The position numbers and the translations under genes were made by a program. Below, one piece after another: positions 1 to 10,623 of a stretch of DNA of 36,835 nt (the stretch's first letter is position 1; the number at the start of each line of letters is the position of its first letter). The notes beneath the pieces were generated by a model. The model saw nothing but the letters and a program-made list of their open reading frames with translations. It was not told the DNA's origin and did not search any database. The DNA is from Craspedostauros australis. Its lineage: Eukaryota. The stretch lies in NCBI GenBank assembly GCA_030167865.1, contig JALAGF010003060.1:1-36835 (forward strand), given 5' to 3'.

Positions 1-1734
1 AATCTCTGTCACAACAGGAGGTCATTCAGCTGCTGTCTCTGAGGATGGACTTGCATCAACAGTGCATACATGAGCCCCAACCAATTTCATGTTACAAGAG
101 GATGCTCGCTCAACAACACATCAGGCAGTGAAAAGCGCACAATGGGCAACAAATGAGCACCAACCAAAACACCCACACCCACACACATCAACAACAACAC
201 CCACAAACAAACAGAACCAAGTCAGTGCGCTACTAGAATAAGCCAACACCGATAGTAGCAACAGGAACGAACACAACAAACCTGACTTGCCACAGTCGCC
301 ATCCGACCACCAAAGGGATTGCCGTTGTCGATTTACTCGACTGTAACGAAACGTTGATAATTCGTGACCTAAATACAAAACGTTTTATTTTGTAACTTTT
401 ACGATGACTCCCTGGATTGCCCTTGCTTCTTGTGGCCGGAAATACCTTGGAGTTGCACGTGCGTTCTTCTTCGAGGTGAGACATGTCACCTCGCATGTTG
501 AGGTTCTCGGAGCAAGACGGCTTCTCCCATAAGATTGGAATCGCGGTGAGACGTCGCTGTTGCATCATGACATGCTCTGTGCGAAGCATGAATTTATCTT
601 TGTGCATTGTTGAAAAAGCACGTCTGTTCATACACCTTTTGCATTGAAACCCAAAAGTGCACAGCGCAGGCAGAAGGAGGCATCGCGCGAGTGGTACGCG
701 CCACATTTTGGTGGGTAGAGTACCATGCTTCTCGTTCAATCCTCCTCTCTGTCCCTTTGTCTGAGTGATGTCAATCGGCACTGCGCCATAGAGCGGTTGT
801 GCGCTGTGCGATTCATCAAGACGGCGACATCCGCCTCTCGGCAGTACCGGGATCGAGCTAGCGCGGAGGCCTCAGCGGATTCGCTCCTTCGTGTTTCTCC
901 CCACCGCAGCGTCGCATTGTGCTGTCGAGTTCGCACATGATGCTGAAAAGTTGATCAAGTCCCGCCGTGCATTGTATCAATGACCGCAGATGTGCTCACA
1001 TTTCAGCGGAGCAGGCCTGCCCGGAGAGCCAACGACAAGATTTGTTGCAGCTCAGAAGAGGCTGTTGCGGATCATTCTTCTGTGGTCGCCGGTGAATTGT
1101 AGTTGCGCCAGAGAGGAAGTATCATAGCATTACTATACCGCTGTAACCGAGTTCCGCCTTCTCTCTGCACAGATATGTACGTTGTCGATCAATTGTAGCA
1201 GTCGTCAACGCAGAAGTGAGCGCCTCCCACATGGCTCCCTTCCCGCACGACGATCATGCATCGAAAGTTCATTACCAACAAGCATGCAGACTCGATTAAT
1301 ATTCTCTTTGATAGCATGATAGCGGAGCATGAACGTACGACTATGAGCCGAGTACGAGTAGTTCCGCACAATCACATGGTTGTTCCAATTTGTGTTGGCA
1401 TTGCGCAATGTGGAGATCGTCACACTCGATAAATCCGTTGAACGTTATCGAGAGGTTAATTGAATTCATGTGCAAGTTCGTAATGGTGGTGTTTCTGCCG
1501 CCAACACGAGCCAAGAAGAAACTGCCCATGGCGCGCGCTGGAAGAAAGGTGCACGGTCCATTTCAATGCGCAGTTTGGGTGGAGTGGATCGATCAGGTGA
1601 TTGATGGGGGGAAGAATAGAGCCGAGCGTGTGGCAGAGCGAAGTGGAGTGTTGTGAGTGGATAGTCCACTGATTGAATACGAATGAATGCCATTGAATGC
1701 CATTGAAGCATCCATCTTCATTGAGGTCACCCAA

Positions 1735-1760
1735 AGAGAGAGAGAGAGAGAGAGAGAGAG
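1735..1760. repeat. (AG)13 microsatellite
   Basis: Read directly; ~200 bp upstream of the ATG at 1960. Confidence 0.95.
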
Positions 1761-1959
1761 ACAAAGAAAGGCGAAGGACAGAGAGGAGTGGAACGCATGG
1801 AAGTGGAAGGATTGTTCCATTGCACCTCCATCGTCGCCTCTGACTTGACAAGACAGAGCACAGTTGGGTGCAGTAGAGTTCATACCACACGACTATTCCA
1901 CTGGAGAACGAGAGGGAGAGAGAGAGGAGCAATCGTTGAGGACTGCAAGCTGAGACCAG

Positions 1960-4900
1960 ATGACGGCGCCTTCATGGACTCGGCCTCCTCTGCCTGCGGC
2001 TTCTCCCAACGCAGACGGCGCGTCCGTGTCTTCATCCGCGGCCTTCCGCTTCCGAGCGCGGGCTGGCATGCACCAACGAGCGACGTCGGAGGACGGCGAG
2101 AGCCGCAGCAGGGCGGACTCCAGGTCCGCGGAGGAGCACGCTGCCTACGAGCAGCCATGGCTTGCCGATCACCAGCATCACAAGCTGCAGCAGAATCGGC
2201 AGCGCCAGCTGGAGCACGCCATGAGGAACACGTCGAGACGCAGCCGAACGAACAATCCATTCGATGCTTCCAGCACTGACAGCAGCGCCAGCTCGTTGCC
2301 GCCCGCAGCCAGAGGAGCGGTCGAGCAGCACATCAACCCCTTCGACTCGGTGGCTGGATCGTCGTCTGCGTCGCGACAACGGCAGCCCATTTCACCGGAG
2401 TCGCCGCAGCAGCAGATAAGGCCGCAGCATCCTGTATCAACGCGTCCATTCTCTCGCACTACGCCCAAGCCGACCAATCCATTTGACGGTTCTTCGTCAG
2501 GGTCGCCCCAGCACGCTCAACAGCACATTCAACAACAGCACATTCAACAACAGAGAACTCCAACGAATAGCAGCGACAACAACCCATTTGCGGGACCACC
2601 AACGCCAACATCAGCATCAGCACAGGCACCAGCACGGGCACCAGCACGGGCACCAGCACGGGCATCACCTCAGCATGGACAACCACCGCGGGTGCCCACC
2701 ACAAACATCACAGTCAAGATCAAAGGAAACAGAAGTGGACAACACCTTCGCAAGAGCCATAATGCGTCCAAGCCGCTGGCATCGGTCGTGGACTCGTTGG
2801 ATGAGTTCCTCCAAACATCCGAGGAGACAGAATCCACGCGATATCGCAACGAGACCGATGGACCCAGCGATGAGCTTTTCGAAGGGATCCAAACGGATGC
2901 GCCACAGCAGCGTCTTTCATCGTCCACGCCGTCGCCGCTGACAACTTCGCCTGCCCTCGTCACTCCCACGCATCAGCGCATTGATATGACAGGCAGTCTT
3001 TCGTTTGATACGCCATCGCCGCCTTCCGCGAACTACATCAGCGCCACCACTCCCGCTGCTACCAGCAACGCGGAATCTCCTCATGCAATTCAGCATGATC
3101 AGAATTACAACATCAACATTGACATTGACGACGACGATTCCGAAAGAGACGCGGAAGAACATCGTCAGCAACTGCAGCAACAGAACAGCAACCTCGATAC
3201 GCATGATGACGACGATTCCTTGCGATACACGCTGCACGATCTCTGCGACGAAGCCACGGGACCGCAGGACCTCGCATGGCGCAACGCTCTGCATCTCCTC
3301 GCGAATCAACCACAGCATGCGCAAACGCGCGAACCGACTGACGGCACCCTGCCCTTGCACGTGGCTTGTTCGGGACGATCCGCACCGCCGTTGTGGATCA
3401 CGCGCGCGCTGCTGCACGTCCACCCAAATTCCGCATCTGCGCCCGATGGCGGAGGCCGCTTACCGTTGCATCTCCTTGCGGCCACCAGCGCGGACGTCGC
3501 CACTCTGCAGGCCCTGGTCGAGGCCTATCCCTGGGGCATCTCACATCGCGATGACTACGGTTTCACTCCCTTGCATCTGCTGCTCAAGAATGACGATGTT
3601 CGCTTTCTGTCCGTGGAGCATCTGCGCATCCTGTTGGGGCAGACGTTGGAGTCGTCCGATTCACCCACGCAGCCATCTCGCAAGCACATAGTCTCGCAGC
3701 GGCGTGGAGATCATTTGAATATGAATGTCGATGACCTCAACGAATCCAAAAAGCACAACCACAAACCCAACGCGTTCAACAGATTCCGACCAGCGCCGCA
3801 CGAAGGCTTCATCGAGGGATATCCCAGCGACATCCGCGCGGCATGGCAGAAGTTGGTCTTTTGGAAACGCAAACACGATCGATCCACCGTCCAGAGGAAT
3901 CTGCAATTCGAATCGTCCTTTCTGAAGATGGACGACGTTCCCAATCCTGCCAGCTTGTCCACAAAGTCCGGCAAGCACCTACCCCTCCACCTCCTCGTCA
4001 AGCGACATGCCCTGAGAGAAAAGCAGTACGAGCTATCCGCGGAAGATGCGGTGCAGCAGGAGCAGCTGCGCCAGATGGCCGGTGCCGGTGCACAGGAACC
4101 CACCACACCGGCACGCATCTCCAATCTCATGCAGATCATGATCCATGCCTATCCCGATGCTCTGATCCAACGCAACGAGGCGGGTCAGACGCCCGTCCTG
4201 CTCGCGCTGCTCGACGACGAGACGGTGGCATCCAACGAGATGGTGGAGATACTCTTGGGCTTGCGCACGCCCTACCGCCAACCCTTGCCACCGTGGGCGC
4301 ACGACATGGATCACGATTCCATCACCAAATCCATGACACGATGGACCAATCCGGCCATGATCGGGCTACCCACAACGCAGCAGCTGCCACTTCACGTTGC
4401 CTGCGAGGACGCACCATCCAATTTTGCCTTGCTGTCCATGATTCTGCAAGCCTACCCGGCAGCGCGCAACGTGCCAGATATTCGTGGGCGCACGCCATTG
4501 CATTTGGCTGTGTCGAACATCGGCAAGATCCCGGTGGATCAATCGACGTTGGAATTGCTGTATGGCGATTCTGCCATGAAGCTGCGTGATCAGATGGATC
4601 AGTCTCCGATGGATGCCGTCCTGGCCCGTCCGCAGTGTCTCAAAGAACCATCCGGCAACCTGATCAGCGATGTGTACATCCGAATGTTCCAAAGTTCTTT
4701 CGATCACAGCAAGGGACAGAGTTTGGAACCAGGCATTCACAAGCTATCGCGACTGCCACGATGGTTGCGACGTCAGAGCTGCGGTTGCGCTTCCGTTCGC
4801 AAGGTGATCATCGATGACATCACGAATCCATTCATCACGGCGCTCATCCTGCTGAACGGATGCGTCCTCATCGCATTGATCACCTTCTTTCGACTTTTGG

Positions 4901-6054
4901 TCGATGATTACTTATCCACCATCCGCACGACCAACGCAGACATCGACATGAATCAGCTTTATGGCAGGACGACCTTCGGTTTGGCCATCACGCACATGGC
5001 ATTGCAAGTTTCTGAATGGATCGATATTCGACAATCCATCACGACCAGTTGGGTTGATTTGTGCTCCGTCGGCTTGGTCCTCTTTGTCACCATCGCCGTG
5101 GCACGGGAGCATCCTCAATTGGAAGACGAAGCCATCGTGCAACTGTCGACCTGGACCACCGGGATGTTGTACCTCAGCCTTGTTGGATACCTGATGCGCT
5201 GGTGGCACGATATGGCGGTGTACGGGTACATCGCCTTGTACATGGCACGCAAGGCGTTGGTGTGGCCCCTCATCACTGCCGGGATCATTGTAGTGGCGGC
5301 GTCCCAAATGATCTTCACGCTGCCGCAAATCGATTGCATCGACGGAACGAACGATGCGGACATCCTGAAAACGTGCGAACTCGAAGACGCATTCACGGCA
5401 TCATACAGCCTTTTGCTGCTGCAACCATTGTGGAACGTGCAAACAGCAACAGCAGGTGCGACAGCCTCCACCGGCTCCATCGCCGTAATCGCGATTTCCA
5501 CCGTCGTCGTCATTTGGGTCTGCTGCTCCGTCTTTGCCACCATCGCGGTGGAATTGAGGACGCTGCACAAGCACCAGATCACCTTGGATGCGTACTGGGA
5601 GTCCAAGCTCCGTTTCCTGCAAATGATCCCGCGGCGACCAACCGTCTGGAAACATCCATCCTGCATGCAACAGTATTGCACAGCGATGGACAGCATGTGG
5701 GAATGGCTGACGATGGGCGTTCCATCCTCGCAGGAATGGTACTCGATGCAACTCTCAATCTTGTGTCGCGGAAGCATTGCGCTGATCATCGTGCCAATCT
5801 GGCTGGGATTGGGGTTGGTGACATTGGGCATCTTGTGGCCACCGACGGTGCGGCGATGGATCTTCCAATTGCATGGCCGTGAATTTGTGGAGGTGCCACG
5901 TGCAAATTCATACCAACAACAAGATACGAGTGCAGTGACCGCGGCGAAGGACATCAAATCCATGACGCTGGATCAATCGCGAGAGCTTCATTCCGAGCTC
6001 ACAGAACTCAAACGGATGATGAAGCAGATGATGGCGATGAGCAAAATAGCGTAG
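1960..6054 (+). CDS. Ankyrin-repeat, multi-pass membrane protein, TRP/ion-transport-channel-like (1364 aa, single exon)
   Basis: Long ATG-TAG ORF. The disordered S/P/Q-rich N-terminus carries 4 NPF motifs. About 8 ankyrin-like repeats follow (LPLHVAC, GRLPLHLL, GFTPLHLL, HLPLHLL, GQTPVLL, QLPLHVAC, GRTPLHLA; ~3230-4630). Then come about 6 hydrophobic helices with a pore-helix-like LEDAFTASYSLLL segment (~4830-5560), a further hydrophobic IVPIWLGLGLVTLGILWPP segment, and a C-terminal coiled-coil-like end (ELHSELTELKRMMKQMM). The channel call is inferred from architecture. Confidence 0.8.
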   Translation: MTAPSWTRPPLPAASPNADGASVSSSAAFRFRARAGMHQRATSEDGESRSRADSRSAEEHAAYEQPWLADHQHHKLQQNRQRQLEHAMRNTSRRSRTNNPFDASSTDSSASSLPPAARGAVEQHINPFDSVAGSSSASRQRQPISPESPQQQIRPQHPVSTRPFSRTTPKPTNPFDGSSSGSPQHAQQHIQQQHIQQQRTPTNSSDNNPFAGPPTPTSASAQAPARAPARAPARASPQHGQPPRVPTTNITVKIKGNRSGQHLRKSHNASKPLASVVDSLDEFLQTSEETESTRYRNETDGPSDELFEGIQTDAPQQRLSSSTPSPLTTSPALVTPTHQRIDMTGSLSFDTPSPPSANYISATTPAATSNAESPHAIQHDQNYNINIDIDDDDSERDAEEHRQQLQQQNSNLDTHDDDDSLRYTLHDLCDEATGPQDLAWRNALHLLANQPQHAQTREPTDGTLPLHVACSGRSAPPLWITRALLHVHPNSASAPDGGGRLPLHLLAATSADVATLQALVEAYPWGISHRDDYGFTPLHLLLKNDDVRFLSVEHLRILLGQTLESSDSPTQPSRKHIVSQRRGDHLNMNVDDLNESKKHNHKPNAFNRFRPAPHEGFIEGYPSDIRAAWQKLVFWKRKHDRSTVQRNLQFESSFLKMDDVPNPASLSTKSGKHLPLHLLVKRHALREKQYELSAEDAVQQEQLRQMAGAGAQEPTTPARISNLMQIMIHAYPDALIQRNEAGQTPVLLALLDDETVASNEMVEILLGLRTPYRQPLPPWAHDMDHDSITKSMTRWTNPAMIGLPTTQQLPLHVACEDAPSNFALLSMILQAYPAARNVPDIRGRTPLHLAVSNIGKIPVDQSTLELLYGDSAMKLRDQMDQSPMDAVLARPQCLKEPSGNLISDVYIRMFQSSFDHSKGQSLEPGIHKLSRLPRWLRRQSCGCASVRKVIIDDITNPFITALILLNGCVLIALITFFRLLVDDYLSTIRTTNADIDMNQLYGRTTFGLAITHMALQVSEWIDIRQSITTSWVDLCSVGLVLFVTIAVAREHPQLEDEAIVQLSTWTTGMLYLSLVGYLMRWWHDMAVYGYIALYMARKALVWPLITAGIIVVAASQMIFTLPQIDCIDGTNDADILKTCELEDAFTASYSLLLLQPLWNVQTATAGATASTGSIAVIAISTVVVIWVCCSVFATIAVELRTLHKHQITLDAYWESKLRFLQMIPRRPTVWKHPSCMQQYCTAMDSMWEWLTMGVPSSQEWYSMQLSILCRGSIALIIVPIWLGLGLVTLGILWPPTVRRWIFQLHGREFVEVPRANSYQQQDTSAVTAAKDIKSMTLDQSRELHSELTELKRMMKQMMAMSKIA
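2626..2661 (+). repeat. (GCACCAGCACGG)3 coding minisatellite encoding APAR x3
   Basis: Read directly. Confidence 0.9.
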
Positions 6055-6456
6055 AGTAGAGAAGCGCAGAGGAGAGAAGCGCGTGTACTTGGGTACCAGT
6101 ATCGAAAGGGGAAGAGGCCGAGGGCGTCCTGGGGATGGACGTTGAACGGCACACAACAGATACGGCAGTACAAGTACAAGAACTACGACGCTACGCGATA
6201 ACATGACGTGACATCTCAGAGAACAGAGTCATCGTTCAATCTTGAGTAAAGACTTCGTTGAATCGCACGAGTAAGATGGATTGCTTCAGTTTCTCTCTCT
6301 CTCTAGAAGATTGCCGAAGGTGTAGTATGAGTGCAGTCTCAAACGAGTATGGCATAGTTGCTGGCCATCGCTCGCACGCACACGTCTATCACGACGGCGG
6401 TCCAGTGCTTCATCTTCCGTGCTGCAATGTCCGGTGCCGCACACACTTCCTCTGCA

Positions 6457-9400
6457 TCACACGAACCAGTTGCGCAGCCAGCCGAATCGATCTGCTGATT
6501 TGCGATCGCTGCTTCCACTCTTCGTTGTTGTTGCAGATCGGTTTGTCCACAGATATCCAACCATGGCAACCGCCACGCCGACGCCGACGCCAAGCCAAAT
6601 CATCTTGCGTGTGCGACGCCTCGAGGATGCTTCCTTGCGTTTCTTTTCTTCGTACGGTTTGGCTTGCTTCCGATCCACGCCGGGTTCCTCCAAACAGCAC
6701 TGCGCCAGATGTTCCAAAATCTGATCGCGATTGGTATCGTTCGCAGCAGCGGATGTGACGTACGGGGCTTCCAACTCTGTTTGTTGACAATGCACCGCGG
6801 CTTCATCGACCACGGTCATCGATTGCTTGTCGCTGCTATCCCCCATGTGTTGCTGTTGCTTCGCTGCTGCATCCGTAGGCTGCATCTGATCTGCCTTCGT
6901 GGCGATGTAGGTACGCGGCATGTCATCATCGAGCAAGGTTGTTTCCATGTGCTTGACGTACGCCAAACTCGCGCTGTTGGTGACATCGAATGTGAGCATG
7001 ACCAGATCGCATTGGCGCATGGACAAGATCTCTGTGAGATTCTTCTTGCGTTGTGCCTGTTCCTCCGCCTGCGCTTCTGGTACTTCCGTGAAGATGAAAT
7101 GGACCACGAATTTCTCCATCGCGACTTCCTTACCCAGATTGCCGGATCGCTTGGCTTGTCGCATCATGGTGCTGAACGTCGCGCTGGTTTCTGGATACCG
7201 CGTTTTGGTGGTGAGGAGCGCTTCCTTGGTGCCGCACAGTGCGTTCAGTATGGCCGTTTTCCCGCTGCCTGGCGAACCAAACACCAGCACACGCACTTCT
7301 CGGCTCGACAGCAGATGATCTATGATCTTCTCTCCCGACGGCGTGATGATCGGTTTCATGCGCGATCGCTTCCTCTTGATATGCTTCGCGGTGTCCATGT
7401 GGCCAAGGCGGTACAACTCGGTACGTGTTTGCTGCGGAGATATGGTGGAACTCATGTGCCACATGGACATCCATTGCAGGACCGATAGCCGTTCGGAGAT
7501 GGGGAAACTGCTGCGGTGAACGCTGGACAGATCGATGCTTGGGAACGTCTCGCCGCTCGCGATGGTGATTCCGCTGGCGGACAAAGAATCTGGCAGAGTG
7601 AAGGTTTGTTCTGCGGATTGGTCATCGACGGGACTTGCCGACCCGGTTGGAGATGGTGGTCTGCGTGGGAGTTTGGGAATGCTGAATGCGCCGTCATATG
7701 CGTACTGCGCTTGCGCTGGATGCCACGGCGGAAGCGACGGAGCCGGGAGGACGGAGAAGATGTCGGCCACATTCTCGGGCGAAAGCACGCCGTCATCATC
7801 GGAGTCGAATTGAAAGAAAGTGTCGACGAGGAAGCGCCGATCGAGTCTGGACAACTTCCATGGCTTTGCTTTGATCCCCGACCGCGACACCATGCCTGAC
7901 GTTGCAGATGACGCCATGGATTCTGGAATGAACAGCCGGAGGTCATCATCGTATCCGAACTTGCGCAGCGCCTGCCACGGCACCTCGAGCCTATTCTGGC
8001 TGACGAAGACATCAAAGATCGCCAGGAACCCTGCGAGCGTGAGCTTGCCGTCCCTGACAATTTCATCCTCGGTGGAGTTGTTGTTCTGAATGAGCTTGTT
8101 CCATCCCATCAAATCTCGCTTGTACACGGGGTGTTCGAAGGTCTCGTACTGAAAGCGATCCAATTCGGCATGGTTGAGCAAGCCATCGTGATCCCGATCG
8201 TAAATACGGAAGATGCGCCTGAGCGCTCTCTGACACTCGATGGAGAGACGGCCTTCTTCGAGATCGTAGAGCGGGCCGATGGGATAGAGGACCGACTGCT
8301 GCGCTTTCAAGAATATTTCATCGACATGCAAGAGCTCCTTGGCGCTGCACCGTATGTACTGACGCACGAATCTGAATCGTTGCATGAGCGTGACGACCTG
8401 CTGGCGAGACCGCACGATCTGCTGCTGGTGCTGTTCATGCAACCGGGCTGCTTCCGCAGAATGCTGCGCCGCACCTTGCTCTCGCTGCTGCTCCTGTTGT
8501 GCTTTCCGTATCAAGTCAGTTTTGTTCCCAGCAACGATCACCGGTAACTGTGTTTGCAGGGCATGGTGGAACGTAATAGTAGATGATATGAGGATGGGGG
8601 TCAGGGTGAGCTTCGCGTTCATTGTACAGTATTGCATCACATCACATCGTGGGTCATAACAAAGTCAAACGCACTTGCTTTGGATACCGCCGCACGTACC
8701 TCTCCGCTGTAGCAACGTTCGATCATGGGCAACCAATGATTTTCGAGACGCGGCAGCGCATCGTCACGATCGACATCGTAGACAAGGACGATGACATCGA
8801 CGCTGTCCAGTCCGGGAAGCGAAGTGGAGGAAGAGGCCGTGGTTGCGGTTCGGTTGGTCTCGATGGAGGTGGAAGACGAGATTGATTTGTCGTCGGAGAT
8901 CGGAACTTGCTTGGCTGCTGCAGCGTTTGGACTGCCGGAAGAATGCTGCTGTTGCTGCTCATCGAGCCTTTGATTGGCAACCGCCGCCATGATTGCCACA
9001 TCGGCATGCTGAGAATCGATGATCGTCGTGGTGCAGTTGGATTGTGGATCAGGTGGCAACTTCACTCTCGTCATGATAGCTGGGACGACGTCTGAGAAGT
9101 GGCGCGAAACGAAGGTGGATATGAGCGAAGACTTGCCGACATGCTCTGCGGTGTGCAATGATGTATTGTACGATGGAAGAGAATTCGGGATGGGAACGAG
9201 ACAGAAGAGGACGAAAATAGAAGGGAAGGATGGCAAAAAGGGAGCACAGGTCGACAATGAGAATGCAGCAGTGAAGGATCTACCGTTCCCTTCGCTCCAA
9301 GGTCGAGATTGGATCGCATTTCGTCCATTGGCATGCCTTAAACAACATGTGGGTAGAGCAGAGATCTTGAACATTCAGGGAGATTACACATAGAGCACAC

Positions 9401-9539
9401 AAACATGCCCACATTCATGTGCAACTCCCTGACATGGCAAGATCTATATCCCGCGAAACGTACCATCTCCAACCACCAAGATGTTCACCGCAAACCTTCT
9501 GGATTGGGGTGCCTCACGTTGCTGCTTTGAGGGAGTCAT
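6457..9539 (-). CDS. MIRO: Mitochondrial Rho GTPase (Miro/Gem1); exons 9539-9464, 9145-8700, 8547-6457; ~870 aa
   Basis: Splicing rebuilds NILVVGDEHVGKSSLISTFVS (G1), VIVLVYDV and LENHWLP...YSGE|LPVIVAGNKTD (G4), then RCSAK (G5) and AQQSVLYPIGPLYD. EF-hand 1 is DRDHDGLLNHAE and EF-hand 2 is DSDDDGVLSPEN. The second GTPase has GSPGSGKT and TKAD. A C-terminal tail-anchor MIWLGVGVGVAVAMVGYLW has basic flanks. Both introns are GTACGT...CAG and preserve frame. Confidence 0.95.
8548..8699 (-). other. Miro intron 2 (152 bp, phase 0)
   Basis: The minus strand reads GGA GAG|GTACGT ... ACACAG|TTA CCG GTG, joining CYSGE to LPVIVAGNK. Confidence 0.9.
9146..9463 (-). other. Miro intron 1 (318 bp, phase 1)
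   Basis: The minus strand reads GGA GAT G|GTACGT ... CGCAG|AG CAT GTC GGC AAG. Removing the intron restores the P-loop GDEHVGKS. Confidence 0.9.
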
Positions 9540-9944
9540 CTTGGACTGCTCTCGCTCGTACGTAGCTGAATGGCTTGGTCTTGATGGATACTGCCTCGCG
9601 ATCACTTTAATTCAACACAGAGATCGTCTCGGTGCAGATTTCCTCCTCTCTTTCCTTCTTTCTCTCTGTTTGCCTTTGTATCCGTGCGAGCGGAGCACCA
9701 CGCACTTGCTATTCCTTCTTGTTCTCTTCACTCCAACGAAGCACGTTTTCGTTGACGTAAAACCGAAGGACCGTTCTGGGATGATCAGGCACGCTCCAAT
9801 CCAAGTGATGTCGAGTATGTAGTATATGGCACTCTCTATCGTCTGCCTTCCCACACAGCTTGAGACTGGCAGTCGATGCCCCCTTATCGTATCGTGCGAT
9901 TCGCAATGTGAGTTCTTCCTTCCACTCTCCTCGTATGCACTCCT

Positions 9945-9980
9945 GAAGGAAGGAAGGAAGGAAGGAAGGAAGGAAGGAAG
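9945..9980. repeat. (GAAG)9 microsatellite
   Basis: Read directly; ~400 bp upstream of the Miro ATG. Confidence 0.95.
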
Positions 9981-10414
9981 GAGGCGATCAAGAAGGAGAG
10001 ATCTGCGCAGATGAATTCGACGCACGCAATTCAATTCAATCCCAACCTCCGCCAAGCCCAGCACTCGTCAATTGCCTCAGCGCAGTCCAATCCAATCTAG
10101 GCGCACTCCAATACAGTCCAATGCAATGCCATGCAGACCCACAGATGCGATCTCCTTGTGCTGCGATTGCTCTCCTCTCTTGTGTTCTTTGAAGTATTGG
10201 TGTCGTTGTTGGATTGACTTCTTTGTTTGTCTGCGACAACAACTTCTCTAAAATTCAACACACAACAAAAGAACGTCAAACTGCGCGAAGAACGATGATT
10301 CTGGCACGACTCGGAAGACACCTGACAATCACGAATCGAGTCTAACCAATATGAATATAGATACATGGTGAACGGAACCTTGTGGATCCATCACCGTGGC
10401 ACCAAACTGCTGTG

Positions 10415-10439
10415 CTCCACTCCACTCCACTCCACTCCA
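10415..10439. repeat. (CTCCA)5 microsatellite
   Basis: Read directly; downstream of the IGPS-like stop codon. Confidence 0.9.
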
Positions 10440-10623
10440 CTCTGTTTTACAATACTTTGAAACAATGAACCAACACATGCTCGACGTTGCATTGCAGATC
10501 AGTAATTATGATATGATATGTTTCATGTTATATACGACTGCACGTGGCACTACACTACACTTAACTCACAACCATCCTCATTTCTATTATCTGAGACTTC
10601 CTCGTCTACTCCACGACCCTACT

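Noticed and set aside
472-493. Hairpin cgaggtga-gacatg-tcacctcg
   Set aside because: A single 8-bp stem is expected by chance in 37 kb and has no supporting context.
1-1930. Short ORFs such as 233-781 (-) and 1456-1932 (-); possible degraded gene or TE edge
   Set aside because: No recognisable domain, several non-ATG starts, and partly microsatellite-derived. The first ~230 bp are CpG-poor but too short to call.
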